From the NCBI GenBank assembly GCA_963666285.1, contig OY762711.1: 64,000 nucleotides of DNA; one strand, given 5' to 3'. Under the pieces are notes generated by a model, which was not told where the DNA came from, ran no database searches, and worked only from the letters and a program-made list of their open reading frames with translations. Positions 40,792 through 51,381 of the stretch are shown here, piece by piece; positions within the stretch are counted from its first letter, which is position 1, and every line of letters starts with the position of its first letter. The position numbers were made by a program, and so were the translations under genes. Source of the stretch: Sedimentisphaerales bacterium. Its GTDB lineage: Bacteria; Planctomycetota; Phycisphaerae; Sedimentisphaerales; SM23-30.

Positions 40792-41544
40792 ATGGCTTAC
40801 AACATTTTATATCTTGGTGATACAGCATTGGATAATGCCGGATCTTACCTGGCTGGAATACTCTCATATACTGAAGTACAATTTGAATACATTCCATCTG
40901 ATGTGCCGTTTAGAGATGCCCAGCTGGGAAATAATATTCATGCAGTGGTTATTAGTGATTATCCTGCAGTAAATTTTTCCAAAAGTCAGCTTGATCTGTT
41001 AACTGATAAAATCAGTGACGGTATGGGAATACTTATGATCGGCGGATGGGATTCATTTACCGGAATTAACGGAGGCTATCAGAATACTGTTTTACAGGAA
41101 ATTTTACCGGTAAAAATGCAGGATTCAGATGACAGGGTAAACAGCGCCCAACCATGTGTAATAAGAAAAAGAGAGCGTCATGATATTGTTAATTCTCTTC
41201 CATTTATAGCGTGTCCGCCCTGCGTTGCCGGCTATAACCGTCTGGAAGCAAAATCTGGCTCTCAAACAATTTTGTCTATTGATAAATATAAAATAAATGA
41301 CAATGGATCAGATTTGTCATTTATGCGGCAAGAGTCAGATCCAATGCTGGTTATTGGCAAATATGGCAAAGGACGAATGGCATGTTATGCCGGTGACGTA
41401 GCTCCACACTGGGCAGGCGGATTAGTAGACTGGGGTGAAAGAAGAATAAAATTAAAAGCACCCGGAGCAGAATTAGTAGAAGTCGGCAACTGGTATGTAA
41501 ATTTTTTCAGCAATATGATTCGCTGGACTTGTCAAGAAAGTTAG
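40792..41544 (+). CDS. Class I glutamine amidotransferase-like protein (DUF1355-like)
   Basis: VVISDYP, GILMIGGWDSF, ILPV, GKGR..Y..DVAPHW. Confidence 0.7.
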   Translation: MAYNILYLGDTALDNAGSYLAGILSYTEVQFEYIPSDVPFRDAQLGNNIHAVVISDYPAVNFSKSQLDLLTDKISDGMGILMIGGWDSFTGINGGYQNTVLQEILPVKMQDSDDRVNSAQPCVIRKRERHDIVNSLPFIACPPCVAGYNRLEAKSGSQTILSIDKYKINDNGSDLSFMRQESDPMLVIGKYGKGRMACYAGDVAPHWAGGLVDWGERRIKLKAPGAELVEVGNWYVNFFSNMIRWTCQES

Positions 41545-41548
41545 GAAT

Positions 41549-42748
41549 ATGAGCATAATAAAAGGAAATGCTATAATCGGTCAATCTGGAGGCCCAACAT
41601 CAGTAATAAATGCCTCCCTGGCAGGAGTTGTTGAGGCTGCAAATAAGTATGCCGGTATAGTCAAGATGTACGGCATGCGATATGGTATTGAAGGATTTAT
41701 GTCTGAAAAGATAATAGATTTTGCAACTGTAAGTCCTGAGACAATAGATGGACTCAAAACAACCCCTTCAAGTGCCCTAGGTTCATGCCGTCATAAACTT
41801 AAAGACGATGATCTGCCGGTAATATTGGAACTTCTCAAGAAATATAATATTCGATATATATTTCTTATCGGCGGCAATGATACGATGGACACCATTCACC
41901 GCCTGGAAGAATATGCCAGAAAAGAGCAATACGACATGATCGGCGTGGGAATTCCTAAAACAGTAGATAACGATCTTTTTGGGACCGACCATACCCCTGG
42001 ATTTGCCAGTGCTGCACGCTATATGGCTCTGTCAGTAATGCAAACCGGAATACTTGCACGTGACATGCAAAAAGTTGATCAATTCGTGGTTTATCAGTGT
42101 ATTGGTCGTGAGGCCGGATGGCTGGTAGGAGCAACTGCTGCCGGTAAAAAAAGGCCGGAAGATGCACCTCATATTATGTGTCTGCCTGAAAGGCATTTTG
42201 AAAAAGATAAGTTCCTGGCTGATGTGCAAAGATGCTATAAAGACTATAGATATGTATCTGTCGTTTGCGGTGAAGGCATTGTTTACGCAGACGGAACACC
42301 TGTCTCAGCATCAAAAACTGCAGACAGATTTGGAAATGTAGAATTTGGTGCAATGGGTGGTACAAGTGCGGCTATGGCATTGCATCAGATGATATCAGAA
42401 GAGTTTGGTTTTCGCGGTGAGTTTCAGATTACTGAATCCCTGCCTATGTGTGCTGCTGACAGAGCTGTTCGGCTTGATATTGATGAAGCATACATGTGTG
42501 GAAAAAAGGCAGTTCAGCTTGCTGCAGACGGCATAAGCGGTGTAATGGTAACATTGGAAAGAAGCAGCGGCAGTGTTTACAGCTGCTCAACAGGTACAGC
42601 AGCTCTCAGGGATGTTGCCGTGCGGGCTAAACCCCTGCCGGATGAATATATCAATCATGAAGGCAACTTTGTGACTGATGCCTTTTTTGATTATCTAAAT
42701 CCTTTAGTTGGTGAAATGCCGGATTACGTATCATTGCCAAAAGTTTGA
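41549..42748 (+). CDS. pfp: Phosphofructokinase family A, probably PPi-dependent
   Basis: GQSGGPT, GSCR, GGNDT (Asp at the PPi-determining position), PKTVDNDL, TPGFASAA. The usual MGR motif is replaced by CIGR. Confidence 0.8.
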   Translation: MSIIKGNAIIGQSGGPTSVINASLAGVVEAANKYAGIVKMYGMRYGIEGFMSEKIIDFATVSPETIDGLKTTPSSALGSCRHKLKDDDLPVILELLKKYNIRYIFLIGGNDTMDTIHRLEEYARKEQYDMIGVGIPKTVDNDLFGTDHTPGFASAARYMALSVMQTGILARDMQKVDQFVVYQCIGREAGWLVGATAAGKKRPEDAPHIMCLPERHFEKDKFLADVQRCYKDYRYVSVVCGEGIVYADGTPVSASKTADRFGNVEFGAMGGTSAAMALHQMISEEFGFRGEFQITESLPMCAADRAVRLDIDEAYMCGKKAVQLAADGISGVMVTLERSSGSVYSCSTGTAALRDVAVRAKPLPDEYINHEGNFVTDAFFDYLNPLVGEMPDYVSLPKV

Positions 42749-42850
42749 TATAAATAAACATTTTGTATTTAGAACTCAATAACGGTTAGTATTAATTATA
42801 ATTGCAAAATACAGCTCAAATACACAACACAAATTGAAAAGGACCTTAAC

Positions 42851-43864
42851 ATGAATAAAAGTGATAAATACATGAATTATTCCCTGGTTCAGGAAATGAT
42901 GGACACTCCCGACGTATTAAGAAATTTCAGTTTGGGAAACTGCCAGGAATTAATCGAAGAAATCAAGGCTGCGGGTAAACTTTTTTTAACAGGTGAAGGT
43001 TCCAGTAGAATATTCCCGGCAAAAAATATTATCTATTCTGCTTTATGCGAAGGGATAGGGTTAGATATTAAAACAGATGGCGGTCGGCAGGCAGCAGAAT
43101 ACAATCTTTCAGATTATGTGATATTTGGCGCATCTAACAGCGGTTCTACCAAAGAAGTAATTGCATTGCTCAATAACTTAAAAGGCAGTCATCAGAACCT
43201 TTACGGACTTACAGCTCGTAAAAACACAAAACTTGCTGAAATGACAAATAAAACATACACATTAAGTTGTGGCTGGGAACAAGCGGTAGCGGCAACCAAA
43301 AGTGTTGCCGAGCAAGCTCTGTTTTACCAGGAACTGCTGGCCCAAGTAACGGGAAAAACTCTTAAGGACCAATTTGGCGTGTTGGCTGATGCCGTTGCTG
43401 ATGCTCTAACCGTAGAGATTTCACCTGAAATAACAAAAACCATATCCGAGGCCGGTACAATTTACTTCGCAGGCCGTAACGATGGTGTCGCGGAAGAGTT
43501 AACCCTCAAAACAAATGAAATTACACGAAAGAAAAGTGACTTCCTGGAAGGAACCTATGCCGTACACGGAATTGAAGAAGTAATGGACTCCAAGGATGTA
43601 GTTATACTGATCAACCCATTTGAAGCAGAACTGGAAAAAATCAAGGAAACTCTCGTAGATGGTGTAGGTTTGACAGTAATTGCAGTAAGCAGCAAAGAGA
43701 CAATATTCCCAACTATTATTGTTAAAGACCCGGGAATGCTGAAAAATTATGTTTACCTAGCGGCAGGATGGAATATTCTGGTGGAAGTAGGAATCTATCT
43801 AAATATAAATCTTGACAAAGCAGAACGAGCTCGCAAAGTAGGTAATGAATTTGTAGAACTATAA
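42851..43864 (+). CDS. Double-SIS-domain sugar-phosphate isomerase/deaminase (GlmS-C/GlmD/AgaS-like)
   Basis: TGEGSS, SNSGSTKE, EQAVAATKS, LTLKTNE and HG motifs. No glutaminase domain. Confidence 0.8.
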   Translation: MNKSDKYMNYSLVQEMMDTPDVLRNFSLGNCQELIEEIKAAGKLFLTGEGSSRIFPAKNIIYSALCEGIGLDIKTDGGRQAAEYNLSDYVIFGASNSGSTKEVIALLNNLKGSHQNLYGLTARKNTKLAEMTNKTYTLSCGWEQAVAATKSVAEQALFYQELLAQVTGKTLKDQFGVLADAVADALTVEISPEITKTISEAGTIYFAGRNDGVAEELTLKTNEITRKKSDFLEGTYAVHGIEEVMDSKDVVILINPFEAELEKIKETLVDGVGLTVIAVSSKETIFPTIIVKDPGMLKNYVYLAAGWNILVEVGIYLNINLDKAERARKVGNEFVEL

Positions 43865-43926
43865 AGCCATTCTATAAAACAACAACCATATATCCTTTTT
43901 TCTTTAATTGCACTAAAACCTTTTTT

Positions 43927-43972
43927 AAAAGAACTCATTGTGAATATATTACTTCAGAATGAGTTCTTTTTT
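43927..43972 (+). terminator. Intrinsic terminator-like hairpin after the SIS gene
   Basis: AAAAGAACTCATT...AATGAGTTCTTTT followed by further Ts. Confidence 0.65.
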
Positions 43973-44069
43973 TAGACTTTTTCGTCGGCTAATCCCCTTA
44001 TTCCCTGAATACATGATTTATAGTTTCAACAAATATTATAGGCTAAATTGCAAACATTATGGTATTTTG

Positions 44070-45869
44070 TCATAGAGAAAGAATGTATTCGGCCAGGTCT
44101 TTGATTTCCTGGTCAGTTAGATTTTTCGTATTTCCGTGCTTGTTATTTTTATTGTCATTAGTAATTACATCTTCTATTGACTCTGCACGACCATCATACA
44201 TGTAAGGAGCGGTTCGCCAGCACTCGATAAGAATCGGAGTTGCAAATTCACGATCTCGATCATTATCTGAACCAAGGCCTAAAACGTGTTTTGAACGGTC
44301 ACCATAATACGGCGGTACATGACATTTTGCGCAATTTGCCTTACCGAAAAATATTTCTTTACCTCGTAAAGCCGAACCTGTTAAATTACCGTTTATATCC
44401 AGATAAGGGCTTGGTATCGGTTCAAGTGATTTCAGATACTCATTTACTGCTGCTTCATGCTGAGGTGTTGCCTGGTGAAACTGTATATGTGAGAAGCCTT
44501 TAGAGACGGCAATTTCCGCCGAAGCTCTGGCACCGGTAATCATTACCGGTGAGGTTCTATGGGTATAGAGCAGACTCCTTGACTGTTTGGGATTGCCGAT
44601 ACCATCATTTAACAGGTCCCAGTTTGTGCCGTCAGATCTGCTGTCAGGGTGACAGCTGGCACAACTCTGCCAATCCTGATAACAGAATGTTGCATCATTA
44701 AATGCCATCTCTCCTTGCCTGACAAGACCTGGTGCGATGTTTTCCTGCATAGGCAATGCAACTGCGGCCCCTGGTCCATCATCCCAGATTTCGAGCATGT
44801 TAACACAATCGGAAAAATACATCGGAATGTAAATATAATCATTTTTTACTGCAATAGAACGTGCTCCCTGCCCTTCAAGCTTAATCCTGGTTTTTGCTCC
44901 ATAGAGAAACGACAGGTCATTAACAATTTCTTTAGGATCGTCTGCATTACTAATCCGTTTAAACATCTCTTTGATATCAATACAGATAATCTCATGGGTA
45001 CCGGAAGCATTAACACATAACCATTTGTCATCATTTGTTACAGCAATTCCCCAGGGATTGGCAGCCCCCCGCATTATATCATCAAGGAGTACTGAGTTAA
45101 TATACTTCTGCTCAGCCATATCAAAAATAGATACCGCACTGGTATTAATCCAACCGCGGTCCAGATGAGTGGTCGGTACTGTAAAACGCCCAATGGTATG
45201 GGTAACAAACAAATATTTACCATTGTTACTTATGGCAGAACCTCGTATAGCAAATGAGCCTGAAGGCATATCGAGCGTGGCTACAGGTTCAAGGTCGCTA
45301 CTCCTGTAAATATTCAAAGAGGTAAAGACTTTTTCGAGATTAGCAGGCATTAGAGGAAGATGGTTTACTACCCAAAGATAATTGCCATCTTTTGAAAGAT
45401 TCATGGTTACAGGTTCTCGAATAGCCTTGGTTGAAGCTGCAATTTTCCATGATTCGATATCCAGGGAATACACATCCGGCTGATCTTTTCTGGAAAATCG
45501 ATTACAGAAAAAAACGGTTTTACCATCAGGACTTAATATGGGGTTCATCGGTGTGTGGCCGACAGACAAGCTTCGGAGTAATTCACCCGTTTTAGCGTCA
45601 ACCTCATGAATCTTACCGTCAAATCCGCCACATGCGGCATAAATCCTGTCATTATCAGCAGAAAGTACTATTTGCCTGACACCTTTAACATTAAAACGAG
45701 CGGCTATTGTTTCTTTGGCAACATCAAGAACCTGCACACTGTCATCGGTTTCACAGGCAAGGTATAATAATGTCCCATCTCTGGATATTGCAATATCAGA
45801 AGGTGAAAGATATCTTTGCTCTCCAATTAACGCAGAACAAAGACACAATAAAATAATAACAAATCGCAT
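44070..45869 (-). CDS. YVTN-type beta-propeller fused to a di-heme cytochrome c (CcP/MauG-like) domain
   Basis: Signal peptide; SPDG-type repeats; CASCH and CAKCH heme motifs; APYMYDGRA; LTDQEIKDLAEYILSL. Confidence 0.82.
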   Translation of the reverse strand: MRFVIILLCLCSALIGEQRYLSPSDIAISRDGTLLYLACETDDSVQVLDVAKETIAARFNVKGVRQIVLSADNDRIYAACGGFDGKIHEVDAKTGELLRSLSVGHTPMNPILSPDGKTVFFCNRFSRKDQPDVYSLDIESWKIAASTKAIREPVTMNLSKDGNYLWVVNHLPLMPANLEKVFTSLNIYRSSDLEPVATLDMPSGSFAIRGSAISNNGKYLFVTHTIGRFTVPTTHLDRGWINTSAVSIFDMAEQKYINSVLLDDIMRGAANPWGIAVTNDDKWLCVNASGTHEIICIDIKEMFKRISNADDPKEIVNDLSFLYGAKTRIKLEGQGARSIAVKNDYIYIPMYFSDCVNMLEIWDDGPGAAVALPMQENIAPGLVRQGEMAFNDATFCYQDWQSCASCHPDSRSDGTNWDLLNDGIGNPKQSRSLLYTHRTSPVMITGARASAEIAVSKGFSHIQFHQATPQHEAAVNEYLKSLEPIPSPYLDINGNLTGSALRGKEIFFGKANCAKCHVPPYYGDRSKHVLGLGSDNDRDREFATPILIECWRTAPYMYDGRAESIEDVITNDNKNNKHGNTKNLTDQEIKDLAEYILSL

Positions 45870-48800
45870 TACAAGTCCTCAACAACTATACGGAAACCAA
45901 CATTGAAAACCGGCTGCCATGGCGAATAATTCAAACGATAACTTGATGTTGCCCGGTACGGCCTATCTAAAAATGACCCGCCCCTGACAACCTTTTCTGT
46001 TTTACTGTCCATAGAGTTACTGCGATCATTATTATAAGGATAGCTTACATAATCACTGCGAGTCCATTCGGCAACATTCCCATGCATGTCATATACACCC
46101 CAGGTATTAGGCTGATACTGCCTGGTTCCTGAGACAAGAAACTGTTTATCATCATATTTAGAAACCCTTGGTAAGAAATCAAAGATCGGATTTCCAACCA
46201 GACTGTTATTAAAAGTTGGGTTTACACCAATAACAGCAAATTTTTCTATTGATTTATCTGCCAGATTAGCATAGTTGCTGAAATCAGACTCTATCGATCC
46301 ATAAGCCATCGCTTTTTCACTTCCAGCCCTGCAAGCCCATTCCCATTGAGCTTCTGTAGGCAAAGCGACCCTGGCTCCGGCCTTTTGCGATATCCATTTA
46401 CAGAAGTCATTTGCCTGGATCCAACTCACTCGTACTACCGGCTGCTCATCATAGCCGGCATAGTAGCCAAGACGAACATGGTCTTTCCATTGCTGGTCAA
46501 ATACACTGGCATCGTGTTTAGGATTAAAAGTGAAAAATAATTTATTTGTTATCTCGCATTCAGATATCCAGAAGCCTTTTTCAATCTTAACCTGATGGCG
46601 AGGCTGTTCCCGGGGTGTTTCCCGGTCACTTCCCATAATAAATTCACCGGCAGGTATGCGTACCATCACAATCTTAAGTCCGTCGCCAATATCCATTTCC
46701 TTTTTCATCTGCGACCCTGCATCCTGCTGCATTTGTCTGGCCATTTCCGCATCAAAAGGCCAGTTTTGAGCGGACACCCGGACTGGTTCGCTCTTTTCCA
46801 AACCTTTGGTTTCATTTACCGAAACCGGATATGGTGATGACGGGGTATATTCCCAGTCAGAATCAACAAGTGCATATTTTAATCGTAAATCTGAAGCTAT
46901 CTCAGAAATACTTTCAGTATAATCTTTTCGCCCTTTGTTACTACTATATGCATCTATCCAGCTTCCATAATAAGGCACATTCAGATCTACCCAGGTGTAA
47001 AGTCTTTGCCATGATTCTTCATCCAGGTTTACACCATAATGTCCTTTTTTAAGTAACTGAATTCCTTCAGAAGTAGAAACGTGATACTCATAAGGGACCG
47101 CCATTAAACCATTACTTTCCGGCCCCGGACGACGGAAATATTTATGGAAAGCAAAATATGAGTTGCTGAAATTCCTGCTGAAAGAACCTGGATTTTCAAC
47201 TTTTGTATCTTTAAAGTCAGGTTTCCCGGCATCTGTGCCATCATGACAACGAATACAATATGCATTCAGGACTGGCTGAATTTCTGCATTAAATGAGAAA
47301 CCTTCGACACGTTCACGATATGGTATAATCTGTTGCGGTTCTTTTAGGGAAGCAATAGTTTTGCTGGTAACAGGAGGTTCACTCGGTGATTCATGACAGC
47401 CTATACAAGAAAGCTTTTCACCCGGCATTCCTACCAGCCAGCTTCGGAAAAGCTGTATGGCACGGCCTTCTTTATCCAATGGCTGTAAAGAAATAGTAGT
47501 GTTTGCAGGTACATTAAACATAACCGAACCGTCTTGTTCTACTTTTACCGTACCCAGCATACGTTTAACATCCCATCCGCTTTCAACGCCAATATGATGG
47601 TGATTCCCCAAACGGAAATACCCGTACGCATATGTAAAGACACGAATACGATCAACTGTTCCTTCAGGAACACCTTTTAAGCCAGGACCTCTGTAAATAT
47701 TCTGGATATAGCAGGTCGCTTCTTTGTTATGCAGGTTTACGCGATCAGGAATAATTGGTGGACGCTGACGTTTCCTTACCGGATATGGCTCAACCATATA
47801 TTTATAACCGGAAGCTTCATTTGTTCGGATCGGTACAAAATTATCAAATTTATCTACCAGGTATAGTCCCCAATCGCTATCTGCTGTCAATTGGGCAACC
47901 GTCAAATAATACTCGGCACTAACAGGATAAGGCTGGAAGAATTGTGGATAAATACCATCAACCAGCCTGTCAAGATCAAGAGCCATCTCATCAGGATAAT
48001 AATCACGAAGTCTTGGGTAGCATTTATTAAAGAAATCATTGTTTAATTCGTGATAATCTTTTCCGGCATTAGCTGAATCCGGCATATATTTATCTATCAG
48101 ATCAGTCACAACGTTTTGAAGGTCGGGAAATTTTTCTAATAGCTCTTTCTTTACTGTCGGATATAGCTGATCAACCGTTACATGGGTAACGTCCTTACCA
48201 TAACCTGGAATATACTGAACTACACCATCTGCATGGGCATAACCTTTATTGGTATCAAAAATAGTAAGCTTTCCGGTTCCGGCAACTCCATGATGACCGG
48301 AAACAACTGCCGAGAACTTACCCGGCTCACCAGGCAACGGGCGGGCATTAAACATTGAGTTTGGCCATAAACTCTGTGACCCGTAAATTGAACGCTGGTT
48401 GGTGCCATCCGGATTCATTGTCATCATTATTCTTGAGTAATAATGCATAATGTCGGTATACTCCCAACGAAGATACATTATCTTTCCGTCTCCGGTAACG
48501 GTAGGATACCAGTCTGCATCCTGCTCAAAAGTAAGCTGTCGAGTATTTTGGCCGTCAGGATCCATTAAATATAGATTTGGAACTAATTTGTCACCACCAA
48601 TACAAGGCACTCCTATCATCGGTGCAGTAGAACTGAAAACAATTTTTTCACTCGGCAGATAAACTCCGCCATAGTTATGGACATTATCTCCTTCTATGGT
48701 GGAAACCCGGCGTAAATTAGAACCGTCAATGCCAACCTCCATAACCTGATACTTATTACTTGAATCAGGTTGAGAGAACAGAAGTTTTTCAGTATCGTAA

Positions 48801-49834
48801 TGCAGGTCAAGTTCACAAACCAGAGCTTTGTCAGCAGGCGTGTAAACGTCTGTAACCTGGCCTGTATTCAGATTTAACCTGGCTATCTTATTATTATACC
48901 CTTTGTGGTTAATTACATAGGTGCCTAACCAATTTGCTTTTCTGACGACAGTATCTGTCTGCACCATCAATATCTCGTCGAAATCCAGATAAGGATTTTC
49001 CTTCACCAGAGCAGTGTACTTCAGCTTATCATATTCTTCAATAGCTTTAGCGGCTTCAGGATCATTGTTTTTCAGTTTTGTTATTATTTCAGGCATATCA
49101 GCTTTAATTTTTTCAGCTTGTTTAAGAAAAAGACGCCCGTTTTTATATTCCCTGGGTTTATTTTTAAGGATATGCTTAATAGAGTGTATCAGTGAATCAG
49201 GATTAGATAGTTCAAGTAATGCTTTCAATTCACTATTACTTGCCATTTTAGCTATTTGAATTCTTTGTTCCGATATGGGCAGCTTCTTATCACCTGGAGA
49301 ACATACGGTACCAAGCTCCGAAATCTCACCCTGAGGATTTTTCACCGCCGCCCTGAGATAATTATCACCGATAAAATTGAAATACAGCAAATTTATCTGA
49401 TGTTTTCCCGGCTTTAATGAAACTGTTTTTGATTTTGCCGTTTTAGCACGCTTACCATCATTATTAATGATTTCCTGGTTATCCAGAAAAAGAACACTCC
49501 CATCATCTGAAGTTATTGAAAATTCGTAATTCCCTTCATGTGAAACATCCATAATGCCAGAAAACTCAATATTCCAGAAACTGCCATATTTTTTATCTCC
49601 CATTGAAGTAATTTCTGACACATTGCCATGTTCAACCATTTTACCTTTGCCAATAAATACAAAGGTATCGATTTGACCATCATATGCAAAGTAGGAGATT
49701 TCGGCATTAACAGCTGAACTGAGAATACAAATACATAAGAACCAAAAATACATTTTTTTCAACATACTAATTTCCATTATGTAAACATAAATACATGTAA
49801 TTTCAGACAAATTATCGTTAAGAACCATATTCAT
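45869..49834 (-). CDS. PA14 + TolB-like propeller + hydrazine synthase alpha-like middle domain + c-type hemes + FGE/SUMF1-fold domain
   Basis: SDDGS PA14; VEQDGSVMFNVPA...RSW..PGE.LSCIGCHE; second heme CIRCH; LPTEAQWEWACRAG, DMHGNVAEW, RGGSF. Likely start MLKKMYF at 49765. Confidence 0.8.
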   Translation of the reverse strand: MNMVLNDNLSEITCIYVYIMEISMLKKMYFWFLCICILSSAVNAEISYFAYDGQIDTFVFIGKGKMVEHGNVSEITSMGDKKYGSFWNIEFSGIMDVSHEGNYEFSITSDDGSVLFLDNQEIINNDGKRAKTAKSKTVSLKPGKHQINLLYFNFIGDNYLRAAVKNPQGEISELGTVCSPGDKKLPISEQRIQIAKMASNSELKALLELSNPDSLIHSIKHILKNKPREYKNGRLFLKQAEKIKADMPEIITKLKNNDPEAAKAIEEYDKLKYTALVKENPYLDFDEILMVQTDTVVRKANWLGTYVINHKGYNNKIARLNLNTGQVTDVYTPADKALVCELDLHYDTEKLLFSQPDSSNKYQVMEVGIDGSNLRRVSTIEGDNVHNYGGVYLPSEKIVFSSTAPMIGVPCIGGDKLVPNLYLMDPDGQNTRQLTFEQDADWYPTVTGDGKIMYLRWEYTDIMHYYSRIMMTMNPDGTNQRSIYGSQSLWPNSMFNARPLPGEPGKFSAVVSGHHGVAGTGKLTIFDTNKGYAHADGVVQYIPGYGKDVTHVTVDQLYPTVKKELLEKFPDLQNVVTDLIDKYMPDSANAGKDYHELNNDFFNKCYPRLRDYYPDEMALDLDRLVDGIYPQFFQPYPVSAEYYLTVAQLTADSDWGLYLVDKFDNFVPIRTNEASGYKYMVEPYPVRKRQRPPIIPDRVNLHNKEATCYIQNIYRGPGLKGVPEGTVDRIRVFTYAYGYFRLGNHHHIGVESGWDVKRMLGTVKVEQDGSVMFNVPANTTISLQPLDKEGRAIQLFRSWLVGMPGEKLSCIGCHESPSEPPVTSKTIASLKEPQQIIPYRERVEGFSFNAEIQPVLNAYCIRCHDGTDAGKPDFKDTKVENPGSFSRNFSNSYFAFHKYFRRPGPESNGLMAVPYEYHVSTSEGIQLLKKGHYGVNLDEESWQRLYTWVDLNVPYYGSWIDAYSSNKGRKDYTESISEIASDLRLKYALVDSDWEYTPSSPYPVSVNETKGLEKSEPVRVSAQNWPFDAEMARQMQQDAGSQMKKEMDIGDGLKIVMVRIPAGEFIMGSDRETPREQPRHQVKIEKGFWISECEITNKLFFTFNPKHDASVFDQQWKDHVRLGYYAGYDEQPVVRVSWIQANDFCKWISQKAGARVALPTEAQWEWACRAGSEKAMAYGSIESDFSNYANLADKSIEKFAVIGVNPTFNNSLVGNPIFDFLPRVSKYDDKQFLVSGTRQYQPNTWGVYDMHGNVAEWTRSDYVSYPYNNDRSNSMDSKTEKVVRGGSFLDRPYRATSSYRLNYSPWQPVFNVGFRIVVEDL

Positions 49835-49865
49835 GTATTATATGACAGGCTCTTAATATTATTAT

Positions 49866-50450
49866 TTAGAATACAATACCCGGAGTTGAGAAAACCAACC
49901 CGTCATTATCGTGGAAAGTGCCATATTCCGTAACGATAGCCCCTTTTGGTCCACCCATCATCCAGTGCATTGAACCTGCCTCTTTAAGCTGACCAACTTC
50001 ACCAGGTTTCAGATCCGTTTTAGTTTTAGCAATCCAATATTGTTTTTCCACCTGGGGAATATCATCTTCAGCACCCGGAGTTGGAATACCCTCACTATAA
50101 AGAGACACAGAACCGTATCGACACTGCCAGGCTTCCATCTTGGCACATACACTATCTGTCTGATTATGCCCGTGCTCAGGAATACGCTGTCCCGGCAAAA
50201 GATATATTTCATGCCCGAGATAGCCATCTGCACTGTTAACCCAGAAAATACCAGCCATACCAACTTCTGTGAATCGACCAAGACCGAAATCAATTGCCCA
50301 GAACTCTTCGCCCTTAAGACGATCAACTATGGGATACCCATGGTATTTCATTAGTTCGTGATAAGCTTGTATTGCTTTTTCCTGGTTGAAAACACCATCG
50401 GCATTATAGTATTCTTTATTTTCGTAGTGAAACAATTTGCTATTTGACAT
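49866..50450 (-). CDS. D-lyxose/D-mannose isomerase-family cupin
   Basis: DFGLG, LLPGQRIPEHGH, KMEAW, LKPGE, H-W, IVTEY motifs. Confidence 0.75.
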   Translation of the reverse strand: MSNSKLFHYENKEYYNADGVFNQEKAIQAYHELMKYHGYPIVDRLKGEEFWAIDFGLGRFTEVGMAGIFWVNSADGYLGHEIYLLPGQRIPEHGHNQTDSVCAKMEAWQCRYGSVSLYSEGIPTPGAEDDIPQVEKQYWIAKTKTDLKPGEVGQLKEAGSMHWMMGGPKGAIVTEYGTFHDNDGLVFSTPGIVF

Positions 50451-50492
50451 AAGATATCCTTCTTAAACTTACTTACTTTCCTGCAAAAAATA

Positions 50493-51299
50493 TTATATTA
50501 AACGTTGGGAAATCATATCTGCATACTCTTTAATCCGCTTCCCAAAAGATTCAAATTCACTCTCAGAAAGTCTTTCTCCCGGACCTGTTGTCCATATCGC
50601 TGCAATTGGATATTTTCGCCGGTCAAAAACAGGAGCGGCAATACAATGAACACCATCAAGCTGTTCGCCCCGATCTATTGCATAACCCGTAATACGAATC
50701 TCTTCGATTGCTTTTCGATATTCTTCATTATTTCTTATTGTACGACTGCTGTAGACCTTATATTCGATCCTGTCCAACAAACCGTCACGTTCTATTTCAG
50801 GAAGGTATGCAATTATCGCTTTGGCCGGAGCTGAAGCATGAAGTGGCAACCGAGCACCTATATCAAGCATGAACTTAAAAGGATAAACACCGGCAGCCTG
50901 CTCCATAACGACAAATTCATTTTGGGCAATTGTACCTATAAGAACGGTTTCTTTGATTGAATCCCGCAATTGACACATCAAATCAAATGACTTTTCGATA
51001 AGGCTATGCTCAGTAACAGCCAAAATACCAATCAACAGCAATTTCCTTGATATAAAGAAATTCTTTGAAACTTCATCTCGAAACAAATAGCCGGCATCTA
51101 ATAAAGTTTCTGTAATGCGAAAAATACTGTTTTTGGGATATTTCAACTCTGCAACAATCTCTGAAAGAGTCATCCCATCATGATTTTCCGCTAATAGTTC
51201 AATTACCTGCAGCCCCCTCTTTAAGCCGGGAACAAGATAATCGCTATCTCCTGCTTTTTTCCTGTTATCAGTATTCATAATAATGAACCATTTGTTCAA
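50493..51299 (-). CDS. IclR-family transcriptional regulator
   Basis: VPGLKRGLQVIELL HTH; LPLHASAPAK; GYAIDRGE...CIAAPVFD. Likely start ATG 51278. Confidence 0.92.
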   Translation of the reverse strand: MNKWFIIMNTDNRKKAGDSDYLVPGLKRGLQVIELLAENHDGMTLSEIVAELKYPKNSIFRITETLLDAGYLFRDEVSKNFFISRKLLLIGILAVTEHSLIEKSFDLMCQLRDSIKETVLIGTIAQNEFVVMEQAAGVYPFKFMLDIGARLPLHASAPAKAIIAYLPEIERDGLLDRIEYKVYSSRTIRNNEEYRKAIEEIRITGYAIDRGEQLDGVHCIAAPVFDRRKYPIAAIWTTGPGERLSESEFESFGKRIKEYADMISQRLI

Positions 51300-51381
51300 C
51301 AGACTAATGGTAAGCTCATGCCGAAACCAGTTATATATGTACTTCGAGAAAATTTAACAAAATACCGTTAAAACTCCTCTG

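Noticed and set aside
44070..49834. Anammox metabolism or a true formylglycine-generating enzyme for the sulfatases
   Set aside because: No other anammox genes, extra PA14/FGE-fold fusions and a carbohydrate context; the FGE-fold lacks the catalytic cysteines.
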